From the NCBI GenBank assembly GCA_963677595.1, contig OY782041.1, positions 3,520,001 through 3,584,000 on the forward strand: 64,000 nt of DNA. Reading direction: 5' to 3'. Under the pieces are notes generated by a model. The model was not told the origin of the DNA. It was given only the letters and a program-made list of their open reading frames with translations, and did not search any database. How positions within the stretch are numbered: the stretch's first letter is position 1; each line of letters begins with the position of its first letter. Positions 48,139 through 58,050 of this stretch are shown one piece after another. A program made the position numbers and the translations under genes. This stretch comes from Spirochaetia bacterium (lineage in GTDB: Bacteria; Spirochaetota; Spirochaetia; CAKZLE01).

Positions 48139-49662
48139 ATGAGACTCCCGTCACTCCTGGAACTCTCAGGAGTGGCCGCTGCCCTCCTGCTCATCAGGCT
48201 GAGCGGGCAGTACGGGCGCATGCCTGCGCTGGCCATACTCATCATCATCATCCTCACACGGGTCGTACCGTTTGACAGGAGGCTCTACGTCAGTATCCTC
48301 CTTGTCTGCTGTTCCCTGATCTTCCTCCTCCCGCCATCCCCCCTCCCGGAGGAAGTACATACTGGGATGAGGCTCTCAGGGCAGCTCCTTGAGGACCCGA
48401 GGCAGGTCCGTTCTGACCTATACCTCCTGCACCTGCGCATCGACGGAATCACATCGGGCTCGGGACTGGTCAGGCAGGAAGGTGCATTCGGTGCATGCAT
48501 GCTCATGGCGGCCTCTGATGAGGCTCTATTCTGGGGTGATCGCGTGGAGGTCGAGGTCTCCGGTCTTGGGGATGACGGTCTGCTCTTCGGGAGGGACCTG
48601 AAGATGGCTGGACAGCCACAAGTGCTGCTTCTGCAGTTCAGGAAGATCGCGATTGGGGCTCTCATCAGGCGGTATAGTGAACTTCCCTATGATGTGGGAG
48701 CCCTCTGCAGGCTGCTCATCCTCGGGGAGTGCGGTGATCCCCACCTCCCGCTGCTCGAGTATATGACCCTCAGCGGGACCCGTCACCTGGTGGCCCTCTC
48801 GGGCATGCACCTCATGCTCATCGCCTTTGGACTCAGGCTGCTCGTCGGCAGGCTGCTGCCGGGGAGGGCAGGAAGCATACTGACGAGCGTCCTCCTCCTG
48901 TGCTATATCTTCCTCGCAGGATTCTCCCCCTCCCTGGTGCGGGCGGGGATCCTCTACCTCACCGGTCTCGGCAGGAGGGAACTGCCACTCAGGTCCCGCC
49001 TCTTCCTCACGCTGGTGGTACATCTCCTGCTCTTCCCGGATCACGTGGACTCTATCGGGTTCCTGCTCTCCTATGCGGCGCTCTACGCGATCATCTCATC
49101 CTCCCTGACACAGGCTGCACTGCGGGTGAGGGGAGTGCTCCTGAAGCCCGCGGTATCGCTGCTCGCAGCCTCGGCTGCGGCATCGATCTATACCCTGGCG
49201 ATACAACTCTCCTCCTTCGGGCGATGGTCAGCAGGGAGTGTTCCCGCCTCCCTGGTGCTCACTCCTCTGGTCATGGCCTATATGGTTCTCAGCCTGGTCT
49301 ACCCGGTCCTGCCGTTCATCGAGCCGGTTATCACGGGGCTCCACTCCCTGATCGAGCACATAGCCGTCCTGTTCTCCAGATGTCCCGCCGTGAGCTGCAG
49401 CCTTTCGCTGGCGATCCCCGTTGATGTGCTGTTCCTCCTCATTACGGCTGTACGACACCTGCTCTTATGTGGTAGGATTTCCCATAACAGGAGAGAGGAA
49501 CAGGTATATGAGCACGACATTTCGTTACGATTCACCAAAAGAGATACAGTCGTTACTGGCGGAGCGGGGCCTGTCGATGAACAAGCGGTTCGGCCAGAAC
49601 TTCCTCCTCTCCGAGGGAGCCCGGGAGCGGATCATCGAGGCCATGGGCCTCGAAGCAGATGA
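48139..49662 (+). CDS. ComEC/Rec2 family competence membrane protein
   Basis: HLVALSGMH, SLVRA, GFLLSY; long 3' overlap with rsmA. Confidence 0.85.
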   Translation: MRLPSLLELSGVAAALLLIRLSGQYGRMPALAILIIIILTRVVPFDRRLYVSILLVCCSLIFLLPPSPLPEEVHTGMRLSGQLLEDPRQVRSDLYLLHLRIDGITSGSGLVRQEGAFGACMLMAASDEALFWGDRVEVEVSGLGDDGLLFGRDLKMAGQPQVLLLQFRKIAIGALIRRYSELPYDVGALCRLLILGECGDPHLPLLEYMTLSGTRHLVALSGMHLMLIAFGLRLLVGRLLPGRAGSILTSVLLLCYIFLAGFSPSLVRAGILYLTGLGRRELPLRSRLFLTLVVHLLLFPDHVDSIGFLLSYAALYAIISSSLTQAALRVRGVLLKPAVSLLAASAAASIYTLAIQLSSFGRWSAGSVPASLVLTPLVMAYMVLSLVYPVLPFIEPVITGLHSLIEHIAVLFSRCPAVSCSLSLAIPVDVLFLLITAVRHLLLCGRISHNRREEQVYEHDISLRFTKRDTVVTGGAGPVDEQAVRPELPPLRGSPGADHRGHGPRSR

Positions 49663-50362
49663 TGTCTGCTGGGAGATCGGCCCCGGCCTCGGTGCGATCA
49701 CCCATGATATCCTCCCGCGGGTGAAGTCCCTCACAGCCTTCGAGATCGATAACGGCTTCATCGGGATCCTCAAGGAGTTCTTCGCAGATGATGAGCATTT
49801 CAGCCTCCAGGAGGGGGATGCCCTGAAGCACTGGCCCAACTGCTGGAAGGCCCAGGGGACTCCTGACCTGATCTGCGGAAACCTGCCGTACAACATCGGG
49901 GCGACTGCGATCGCATCCTTTATCGAGAAGGAGTGCCTGCCGCCGCGCATGGTCTACACCCTCCAGAAGGAGGTGGTCCAGAGGATGTCTGCAGGACCGG
50001 GGAGCAAGCTCTATTCCGCCTTCTCCGTGGTATGCTCGTTGGATTATGAGGTGGAGCTGCTCTTCGATATCGCACCGGGGGCATTCTACCCCGTGCCGGA
50101 GGTGACCAGCTCCGTGGTCGGGATGAAGAGAAGGGAGTCTTCCCTCCTCACATCAGGGGAGAGAGCCGGCTTCCTCGATATGGTCCACCGGCTCTTCTCC
50201 AGCCGGAGGAAGACGATCCTCAACAACCTCTCCGGCTTCAGGGGACTGCCGAAGAACGAGATCTCTTCACTGCTCACCGCAGCAGGGTTCAACCCCTCGG
50301 TGAGGGCAGAGCGTCTCTCTTTAGAGATGATGATCGACCTGTACCGGGTGCTGATGAAGTAG
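49508..50362 (+). CDS. rsmA: 16S rRNA adenine dimethyltransferase
   Basis: KRFGQNFL, EIGPGLG, GNLPYNI, RRKTI. Confidence 0.95.
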   Translation: MSTTFRYDSPKEIQSLLAERGLSMNKRFGQNFLLSEGARERIIEAMGLEADDVCWEIGPGLGAITHDILPRVKSLTAFEIDNGFIGILKEFFADDEHFSLQEGDALKHWPNCWKAQGTPDLICGNLPYNIGATAIASFIEKECLPPRMVYTLQKEVVQRMSAGPGSKLYSAFSVVCSLDYEVELLFDIAPGAFYPVPEVTSSVVGMKRRESSLLTSGERAGFLDMVHRLFSSRRKTILNNLSGFRGLPKNEISSLLTAAGFNPSVRAERLSLEMMIDLYRVLMK

Positions 50363-50407
50363 GCTGGTCTTTATACGTAGCGAGTTCGCAAAGTTCTGAG
50401 TTGCTCA

Positions 50408-51811
50408 CTACCGATCTTCTAGGTATCTCCTTGCCGCGGCAGTCGAGGCCTCCACGGCATACAGGGGGAGCGAGAGCAGCGGATATGTCACAACCGATGA
50501 ATCCTGGATTGATACGGAGACCTGCTGCAGGGAAGGTGGGTTGAGGTCGAAGCGAATAGCGAGCGGGGCATGTTTCTCTGCCATGAACTGGTGCAGTGAC
50601 TTGAGCGTGCCGGACCTGCCGGCTTTCACCTCGATCGGGATGATGTCTGACCCCAGCTGGATCACGTAATCGACTTCGGCATTGGCTTTTCTCCCTGACC
50701 GCTGCCAGTAATGGAGGTAGCGTGGTGAGTCTACATCGTGGTTGCCCAGCAGCTGCTGACCGATGAACTGTTCTGCCAAGGCTCCCTCGTTGATGAGTCG
50801 CTGCCCTGTCAATCCCCGGATGGTTGCTAGGGATAATCCGGCCATGCGGTTCATCAGTCCGGTATCGAGGTTTAGGAGCTTAAAGACTCGCTCATCCATC
50901 TCAGCCCCCAGCGGGATGCCATTGGCATCGGAGTGGATGACTTTCGAGACGAGTCTCGCCTGGATCAGGAGTTCGAGTGCGTGCCTGATCGGCCTGGAGG
51001 TGTGGTCTTCCGAGAAACGGGTGTACAGGATCTTCTGTCCCACTGCAGAAGGCATTCTTCGAAGGATGGTCTGCAGGAGAAGCGGGTCTGCCTTTCCTGC
51101 ATATCTGGAGAAATCATCGAAGTAGGTATGGATGATCGAATCATGCACCACTGCTACCTGATGGACATCTTGTGTTTCCAGGTAGAGTGCTGCAGCTTCA
51201 GGCATACCGCCTATGTACAGGTATTCCCGCAGTCTCTGGTTCAGACGTTCATGAAGGGAGTCGGGGATGACCGTCCTGTCCGAGTACTGGTCTATCGGTA
51301 TGTCTGAAAGGGATCGGAGTTCACCGGCTCCATAGGGGTCTACCGCATCAAGGAATTCGAGGAAGCTCAGGGGGCCCAGGTGAAGGTAGGATACCCGCCC
51401 GACGGGCATGGAGAAGGTATGGGATCCCAGGACGAACTCAAGGAGCGATCCTGCCGCTATGACAGCCAGGAGAGGAAGCTCTTCATGGAAATACCGGAGG
51501 GCAGCTACCGCTTCGGGTATAGCCTGGATCTCGTCAATGAACAGGAGTGTGCGCCCTGGAGTGATCTTCTTCCCGATGATCCCTTCGATCTCAGGGAGTA
51601 TCCTGGTCGGGTCTTTCGAGAGAAAAGCTCTCTTGAGCTCCAGGTGCCGTTCCAGGTTAATCTCAGCCAGGTCCAAGCCCTGTTCTTGGGAAAATAACCT
51701 GACGAGGTAGGTCTTGCCCACCTGGCGTGCCCCACGCAGGATGAGCGGCTTCCTGTGAGTTCGTACGAACCATTGCTTCAGCGTCGACAAATCGCCTCGT
51801 GTCATAAACAC
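50408..51811 (-). CDS. AAA_14 ATPase with DUF4143 domain
   Basis: GARQVGKT, FIDEIQ, GGMPE, DTGL, EVDY...IPIEVK. Confidence 0.88.
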   Translation of the reverse strand: MFMTRGDLSTLKQWFVRTHRKPLILRGARQVGKTYLVRLFSQEQGLDLAEINLERHLELKRAFLSKDPTRILPEIEGIIGKKITPGRTLLFIDEIQAIPEAVAALRYFHEELPLLAVIAAGSLLEFVLGSHTFSMPVGRVSYLHLGPLSFLEFLDAVDPYGAGELRSLSDIPIDQYSDRTVIPDSLHERLNQRLREYLYIGGMPEAAALYLETQDVHQVAVVHDSIIHTYFDDFSRYAGKADPLLLQTILRRMPSAVGQKILYTRFSEDHTSRPIRHALELLIQARLVSKVIHSDANGIPLGAEMDERVFKLLNLDTGLMNRMAGLSLATIRGLTGQRLINEGALAEQFIGQQLLGNHDVDSPRYLHYWQRSGRKANAEVDYVIQLGSDIIPIEVKAGRSGTLKSLHQFMAEKHAPLAIRFDLNPPSLQQVSVSIQDSSVVTYPLLSLPLYAVEASTAAARRYLEDR

Positions 51812-51889
51812 ACCCCTCTTTCGTACATTTACTCACAGAAACGATGGTATGTCAAGGATAGGGAGTGCACATTGTTTTCAGCTGAACAT

Positions 51890-51937
51890 GCATGAGAACT
51901 CCATGGCATGAGAACTCCATGGCATGAAAATTCCATG
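51890..51937. repeat. 3 x 16-bp tandem repeat
   Basis: GCATGAGAACTCCATG twice, then GCATGAAAATTCCATG. Confidence 0.85.
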
Positions 51938-52005
51938 TCATAGGTCCGTGGCGATTCTGATGCGGCACCCTTGATGTACAGAAGACCGCAGCATATAGTG
52001 TATGT

Positions 52006-52275
52006 ATGGATGCAGTAACCTATGCAGATCTTCGAAAGAACCTCAAAGACCGAATGGATAGCGTATGTCACGATCATGAACCATTGATCATAACACGAAA
52101 GGGAAATGAGCATGTGGTGCTGATCTCATTGGAGGATTATAACAGTATTACTGAGACGCAATACCTGCTTTCTTCCAGGAACAATGCTGAACATGTAGAA
52201 AGGTCATTACGATCTGCCCGTGAGGGATCACTGCTCTCAAAAGAGCTTCTCTCAAAAGAGTTGTTCGAAGAATGA
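52006..52275 (+). CDS. yefM: YefM/Phd antitoxin
   Basis: TYADLRKNLK...PLIITRK...VLISLEDY...ETQYLL; TGTACA core upstream at 51975. Confidence 0.92.
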   Translation: MDAVTYADLRKNLKDRMDSVCHDHEPLIITRKGNEHVVLISLEDYNSITETQYLLSSRNNAEHVERSLRSAREGSLLSKELLSKELFEE

Positions 52276-52529
52276 ACGTGGGTTCCACACCAGAAGCATG
52301 GGATGAGTATCTCCACTGGCAGAAACATGATAAGAAGCTGCTGCGCCGTATCAATGAACTGATACAGGATACCACAAGGAATCCCTTTGAAGGGAAGGGG
52401 AAACCGGAGCGGTTGAAATACCAGCTTCAAGGCTGCTGGTCTCGCAGAATAAACCAGGAACATCGTTTGGTGTATGAGATCGACGACTACCGGACAGTCA
52501 GGATCATTGCCTGTCGGTTCCACTATTGA
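52272..52529 (+). CDS. yoeB: Txe/YoeB toxin
   Basis: GKPERLK, WSRRINQEHRLVY, C-terminal RFHY. Confidence 0.93.
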   Translation: MNVGSTPEAWDEYLHWQKHDKKLLRRINELIQDTTRNPFEGKGKPERLKYQLQGCWSRRINQEHRLVYEIDDYRTVRIIACRFHY

Positions 52530-52723
52530 ACAGGACGATCTGTTTTAGCGTATCGGACAGTTGCCTGTTACATACCCTGCGCCGATAGTCCAATTTCCCA
52601 CACGAATCAGCGAATAGCCATTTTTTATCGCTATAGTACGAGGATACTCTGTAATCTGTAATCTACGTGGTTACTGTCCATACGTATTGACCGCTCCTTA
52701 TTCTCATGATAAATTATAAGAAG

Positions 52724-52740
52724 TAGTCATATTATGACTA
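52724..52740. promoter_or_regulatory. Palindromic operator upstream of the abiEi-like gene
   Basis: TAGTCATA-T-TATGACTA, downstream of a TTGACC (52687) promoter. Confidence 0.55.
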
Positions 52741-52755
52741 TATTGAGAAATAAGT

Positions 52756-53391
52756 ATGAATAAATTGACGAGATATTTTTTCACACAGGGCTTCCCCATC
52801 TTTACGCAGGCCGATGTGACTGCTGTCATGGGAGGAACGTTCTATAGCCGTCATGCGCTCCTCAAACGGGCAATAGAACAGCATGAGATTCTTCTCCTCC
52901 GCAGAGGGGTGTATTGCCTCTCTCCCATGTATCAGAAATTCGCCTTGGAAACCTTCTCGATTGCCCAGAGACTTAACGGTCCGAGTTATGTGAGTGTTGA
53001 ATCTGCCTTGAGTTATCATGGTTTGATACCTGAGGGAGTCCAGGTGGTCACTTCAGTTTCTCTTTCATCTCGGAAGGATTATGATACCCCGCTCGGGTTT
53101 TTCAGTTTTCGAAGAATTCCTCAGCGCAATCTGTTCAAGGGAGTAGAGAGGATCGATCATGGAAATACGAACATATATTTCATGGCTACTCCCGTGAAAG
53201 CTCTGTTCGATTATCTGTATCTCCATAAAGAGGATTGGACTGGTATAGAAGACCTAGCAGAGAGTCTTCGTATAGATCGGGATGTCCTGCTTTCGTTCTC
53301 TCCTGATGAGATACAGGAAACTGCCGCTAATTACACACATAGCCGGATTGAAAGATTCGCTCGTCAGTGGACGAAGGAGGTGCTCTCGTGA
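52756..53391 (+). CDS. AbiEi-like type IV antitoxin
   Basis: LRRGVY, SYVSVESALSYHGLIPE, ATPVKALFD. Confidence 0.85.
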   Translation: MNKLTRYFFTQGFPIFTQADVTAVMGGTFYSRHALLKRAIEQHEILLLRRGVYCLSPMYQKFALETFSIAQRLNGPSYVSVESALSYHGLIPEGVQVVTSVSLSSRKDYDTPLGFFSFRRIPQRNLFKGVERIDHGNTNIYFMATPVKALFDYLYLHKEDWTGIEDLAESLRIDRDVLLSFSPDEIQETAANYTHSRIERFARQWTKEVLS

Positions 53392-54263
53392 GTGTGTCTA
53401 TCATTCAGAGTCGGCTTGAGCACTATTCGTGCAAGAATGATCTCGAAGAATTACAGGCTATGAGAGAGATCTCCCAGGAAGTTACTCTAGCGGCTTTAGG
53501 TCGTAGTGATTTTTTTAAATCTGTAGTATTTCAGGGGGGGACCTGCCTGAGGATTTTCCATGGGTTGAATAGATTCTCTGAGAATCTGGATTTTGTTCTC
53601 AGGAATCCTGATCCAGACTTTTCCCTGACGACTGCGGTTTCTTCCATCTATGCAGAGATGTCAGCATTCGGCTATGAAATAGAGATCCTGGATCGAAGCA
53701 AATCAGGGAATGCAGTAAAACAGATGTTCCTTAAGGACTCCTCCCTGGGAAAGCTCCTGAGAATATCGTACTTGGGGAAAAGAGGCCCTATACCAGAGAT
53801 CAGGATAAAACTTGAAGTTGATACCAATCCTCCGGAAGGCAGCAGATCAGAGATGAAGTATTTGGATTTCCCCTTCATTTCCTCTGTCCATATGCAGGAT
53901 CTTCCAAGTCTCTTTTCTGGTAAGATCCATGCACTGCTCTGTCGTGGGTTCGTCAAGGGACGTGATTGGTATGATTTCCTCTGGTATACCGGTATGAGAG
54001 TTGCTGTCAATAGTACTTTGCTTGAATCGGCGCTCATGCAGGCAGGACCCTGGAAGGGGCAAACCTTGAAGGTGAATACACCCTGGCTGATCGACCAATT
54101 GCGTTTGAAGATTGAGACGATTGACTGGGACTATGCCCGTGAAGATGTAAGAAGGTTCGTACCCGTTGCTGATTATCCTTCTCTTGCTCTTTGGGGACGG
54201 GATCTGTTTAGTGCGCAGGTTGAGAAGCTGGCTCAAACCCTTACAGAAAAGGGCATTCAGTGA
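53388..54263 (+). CDS. AbiEii-like nucleotidyltransferase toxin
   Basis: FQGGTCLR...RFSENLDF, KIHALL, KGRDWYD. Confidence 0.88.
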   Translation: MSVSIIQSRLEHYSCKNDLEELQAMREISQEVTLAALGRSDFFKSVVFQGGTCLRIFHGLNRFSENLDFVLRNPDPDFSLTTAVSSIYAEMSAFGYEIEILDRSKSGNAVKQMFLKDSSLGKLLRISYLGKRGPIPEIRIKLEVDTNPPEGSRSEMKYLDFPFISSVHMQDLPSLFSGKIHALLCRGFVKGRDWYDFLWYTGMRVAVNSTLLESALMQAGPWKGQTLKVNTPWLIDQLRLKIETIDWDYAREDVRRFVPVADYPSLALWGRDLFSAQVEKLAQTLTEKGIQ

Positions 54264-54304
54264 TACAGTGATTTCTCGTAGTATGAAAATATACGATTCG
54301 TTGT

Positions 54305-54343
54305 GTAGATTATCGGGATTATCATGAGGAGATGAGGGTATGA
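54305..54343 (+). pseudogene. HigB toxin 3' remnant
   Basis: Translates VDYRDYH, resembling the HigB C-terminus, directly before higA. Confidence 0.5.
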
Positions 54344-54654
54344 TAAGGAAACGAAAGCCTGTTCACCCAGGCACTATAGTGAAAGAAGACGTTCTCTTAC
54401 CTCTTGGACTCACGGTTACTGAAGCAGCAGTTGCTCTTGGGGTATCTCGAAAGGCTCTATCTGAGCTGATCAATGAAAAAGCATCATTAAGTCCAGATAT
54501 GGCCATCCGTATTGCCAAAGCTACCAATACCTCACCTGAGAGCTGGCTGCATATGCAGTCAACCCTGGACCTATGGAGATCTGAACAGAAGGATTTCCAG
54601 GTGATCCCATTCCCAACACATACCGAACCATTGCATGACACACAAGAAGGGTAG
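54340..54654 (+). CDS. higA: HigA family antitoxin
   Basis: [31 protein letters not shown]. Confidence 0.92.
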   Translation: MIRKRKPVHPGTIVKEDVLLPLGLTVTEAAVALGVSRKALSELINEKASLSPDMAIRIAKATNTSPESWLHMQSTLDLWRSEQKDFQVIPFPTHTEPLHDTQEG

Positions 54655-54853
54655 GCCGCCCTATGCTATCGTAAAGAAGGCGGTGAGTGAGAAGTTGGGT
54701 GTATTCACGAAGATGGAGATTCTAGAATCGTGTCCCAGTATAAAAAGCTCATCTGTTGAAGCAGCTTTGAAGAAGCTCAAAGAAGAGGGATATAGCATCA
54801 TGCAGGGCGGGGGGAGGAGCACCACGTACATACGGAATCCAGATTCTCTATAA
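54635..54853 (+). pseudogene. C-terminal wHTH fragment, probably of a Fic-family gene
   Basis: FTKMEILESCPSIKSSSVEAALKKL...GGGRSTTY; no N-terminal domain. Confidence 0.5.
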
Positions 54854-55018
54854 TCTCCCAAATGCATAATGAATATGGGAGAAGACCTAGCTATTGGCTT
54901 CCATGATAAAAAACGGACACCAGAATTTAATCAACGTATCTAGTTGACATGTTCCGCACATACAGTATACTGAAGTTAGTATTACTTCGTGATTTACGAA
55001 CTAATAGGAGATAGAGTG

Positions 55019-56149
55019 ATGATTGTGATGGATTTGCACTTAGATAATATTTTTTCCTTTAATGATTTTCATATTAATCTTAGTTATCCCAAAAAGATCG
55101 TGAATTCTACCATAGAGAACGAGTTTTTACGCGATAGACCAAACTTCAGATATAAGAAGGTTGTAATTTTAATGGGGGCGAATGCATCTGGGAAGACTAC
55201 GTTAGGCAAAGCCCTTATGATGATTTTCAACTTTATTTCCAAGAAGAACTTGGATCAATTAACTCATTTCATTAATGATAAAACAAAACCAGCTGGCTTT
55301 TCGATTGATTTTATTGCAAATACAACGACGTTATATCGAACTGAATTAGAAATTAAACCTATCTGCGACAAAGATACAATCAATGAAGATATGATTAATT
55401 TCAGCGTGAGGTCAGTCAACATAAACAAGGCAGATAGTTATGAGACATGTGCAAAGAAAATTGAGTTGCTGCCTATTGAATCAATGTCATATATAGAAGC
55501 TCTTGATAAAGTTGAGGATTTTGGATGGTTCTTCTCATATCCTGAAAGTGATGCTCCTGTTAAATCATTGAAAGATCTGAATAAAACACTGTTTTTAGAA
55601 ATATTGAGAATTGTTTTAATGACCTTTGATTCTTCCATCCAAGAGGTGCGAGAAGGTAAGGATGTTGAAGATACCTATATTATTAAACTCAATAATCATG
55701 ATTTGATATTACAAGGAGAAAAGATTCTCAATGATACCATGCTCTCAAGTGGAACCAAAGCCAGTATAGATATAGCTATAATTCTTACTTCAATGGTAAC
55801 CAGAACCCATGGTTTTTATTATTGTGATGAGAAATTTACTTTTGTACATAGTGACTTGGAAAAGGAATTGCTAAGTATTTTTATCGATAAGATGATTTCT
55901 GATGAGCAATTATTTCTCACAACACACAATACAGATATTCTTGATGTTATGTTACCCAAACACTCATTCGTCTTTTTAAAAAAGGAATCTACGGGGGAGG
56001 GTTCAAGAATAACCTGTGTAAGTGCCGATACATACCTTAAGAGAAACACCGATTCTTTAAGAGCAGCAGTTGAAAATGATCTTTTTTCAACCTCTCCAAA
56101 AATCAATCGACTTGATCTATTAGATGACTATTCTGTAGAAAGTGAGTGA
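55019..56149 (+). CDS. AAA_21/RloA-like ATPase
   Basis: GANASGKT, LSSGT signature, YCDE Walker B, TTHN; low GC; TTGACA/TATACT promoter at 54944-54971. Confidence 0.85.
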   Translation: MIVMDLHLDNIFSFNDFHINLSYPKKIVNSTIENEFLRDRPNFRYKKVVILMGANASGKTTLGKALMMIFNFISKKNLDQLTHFINDKTKPAGFSIDFIANTTTLYRTELEIKPICDKDTINEDMINFSVRSVNINKADSYETCAKKIELLPIESMSYIEALDKVEDFGWFFSYPESDAPVKSLKDLNKTLFLEILRIVLMTFDSSIQEVREGKDVEDTYIIKLNNHDLILQGEKILNDTMLSSGTKASIDIAIILTSMVTRTHGFYYCDEKFTFVHSDLEKELLSIFIDKMISDEQLFLTTHNTDILDVMLPKHSFVFLKKESTGEGSRITCVSADTYLKRNTDSLRAAVENDLFSTSPKINRLDLLDDYSVESE

Positions 56150-56267
56150 GGTTATTTTGAAAAGACAACTCTTCCAATATTATGTTGAAGGTGAAACAGA
56201 CGAAAAAGTTGTTGACGTTAAAAACTGAATTATGTAGTATCCATTCTGGAAAGGTTAGAGTTTATAA

Positions 56268-58050
56268 CCCAAATTCCCGATAATTTGTAACTAGGAGAGA
56301 GGCGTGATGGTTTCGAAGGGATCCTGATCACCCTCATTCACCAGCTTTCCCTTCCAGGAATACTGGACACCGAACAGGTCAAAGATAAGGCGCTGAGCTT
56401 TGGTCGGGACCGTAAAAACGTCACCATACTTGCCTCGGTAATGAACTTTCGAGTACGTATTTACCTTATCCAGCAGTTCCTTGTAGTTCCAATGCTTGCG
56501 CTGCTTCGCAGGAATGAGCTTGATACGTTCCTTCAGAGCAGTGAGAATAATCAGGGTTATGAAATTAACGAAGAGCCTTCCCTGCATCACCTTGTCAGTA
56601 TGGACTCTCAAGCGATTGCAATCGACAAGATTCTTCATATCATCGAAGAGCAGTTCAATGTCATTTCTCTGCCGGTAGGCATATAAGGCCTGAACAGGAT
56701 CCTTTTCTGCATTGGTATAGAGAACCCAGAATCCGCTTTGCCCATCGATGAAAGCCTGAACTTCCTGATCCTTAAGAAGCACTCTCCTTCCTCTTTTAGG
56801 CGTCTCTTTCACTTCGAAGTATCGCTTATAGTACGACTGATGGTATTTAATTGGCTCATTCGCATCAAGCTCGGCTTTGCATTTCTGCAGTCGCTCCATC
56901 AGACGGGCAACGTCCCGCTCTTTTCTTGCCGCATCGAAATAGACATGAGCCCACATTCTTCCGTGTTCAGTCTTCCTGATGGTCTTCAAACCATAGATGA
57001 TGGCATCGGTATCATCCGCAGGAATAAGCGTGTTTGGACGTTGAATGGTACGGCGATGTTTCTCTATAAGTTCTCTAGCCCAGGTCACGTTCGAAGGAAC
57101 AGGTATGAGGAATTTGTGACCATGATCGCTCAAATGAGCGATGTTATCGACAGAGCAGAACGCTCTGTCCCCTATGATCACAGAGGAAGGGATCTCAAGT
57201 TTTTTCAGCTGTTCGAGCACCTGTTGAAGAACTATTGAATCGTTCATACTTCCAGGCATTTCTGAAAACCAGAGAGGAAGGTGAGTTTCATAGGAACTGA
57301 GAAGCCCGATATTGATCTGAGGGATCTTTTCTTTGTCTCGGTTATACCCACGCTCTACATAGGGATTATGCTTCGCATAGCTGGAGATGCTGCTGATGTC
57401 GAATAACAGATTCTTCTTTTCCATGTTCTTTCCTATCCAGGAAGAGAAGAATGTGTTCTGAATGTCCTTATCAAGTCTTTTCAGGAGTTCGGTGATCCTC
57501 TGTGAACAGAGGCTGGAACCATTGAATCCCCGCTCATCAAGCCAGGACTCAGCATAGCTGAGAGGCCTGCCGGTACAGATTGAGTATTTCGCAAGCTCGA
57601 GAACAGAGATCGCATCCTGAGATCCTAATGCCTTTGAAAGAATACGCCCCAGTCCGATGCGCCTGATGATAGGATCGAGGAGGAGATTCTGACCGAGCAG
57701 GGTTGTCTTTGATACAACAGGGACAGGAAGCTCTTTGGCTTGATTCTCTTGCTGCCGGGATAGGTAAAATGAGTTATAGATGATCTGTCCATGAGTATCA
57801 AGTTTGCCGATACACTTACGGCTATGACGACCTTGCTTTTTCTCGCTATCCCAATAGGCGGTGTCTTCGTAGACATACGTGACATTGGATTTCTTGTTGT
57901 GGACCTTGATAATTTTGGCGGTATTCCCTGCTTTTGTCATAGTTCTAATTATAACTATGTTTTACAGAATATTCAATCACCAAATAGATATCTAATACAT
58001 ATATTTAAAGAATTTATGATTTCCTAGTTACAATTTATCGGGAATTTGGG
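56268..58050 (-). mobile_element. IS1634-family insertion sequence
   Basis: 29-bp terminal IRs CCCAAATTCCCGATAA(T/A)TTGTAACTAGGA with 1 mismatch; target duplication TTTATAA (5-7 bp depending on boundary). Confidence 0.9.
56291..57940 (-). CDS. IS1634-family DDE transposase
   Basis: FDISSISSY, GYNRD, GDRAF, YRQRNDIELLFDDMK, RLRVH. Confidence 0.9.
   Translation of the reverse strand: MTKAGNTAKIIKVHNKKSNVTYVYEDTAYWDSEKKQGRHSRKCIGKLDTHGQIIYNSFYLSRQQENQAKELPVPVVSKTTLLGQNLLLDPIIRRIGLGRILSKALGSQDAISVLELAKYSICTGRPLSYAESWLDERGFNGSSLCSQRITELLKRLDKDIQNTFFSSWIGKNMEKKNLLFDISSISSYAKHNPYVERGYNRDKEKIPQINIGLLSSYETHLPLWFSEMPGSMNDSIVLQQVLEQLKKLEIPSSVIIGDRAFCSVDNIAHLSDHGHKFLIPVPSNVTWARELIEKHRRTIQRPNTLIPADDTDAIIYGLKTIRKTEHGRMWAHVYFDAARKERDVARLMERLQKCKAELDANEPIKYHQSYYKRYFEVKETPKRGRRVLLKDQEVQAFIDGQSGFWVLYTNAEKDPVQALYAYRQRNDIELLFDDMKNLVDCNRLRVHTDKVMQGRLFVNFITLIILTALKERIKLIPAKQRKHWNYKELLDKVNTYSKVHYRGKYGDVFTVPTKAQRLIFDLFGVQYSWKGKLVNEGDQDPFETITPLS

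Noticed and set aside
52000-56150. Integron cassette array
   Set aside because: No attC-like sites or integrase recognised, despite co-oriented TA genes.
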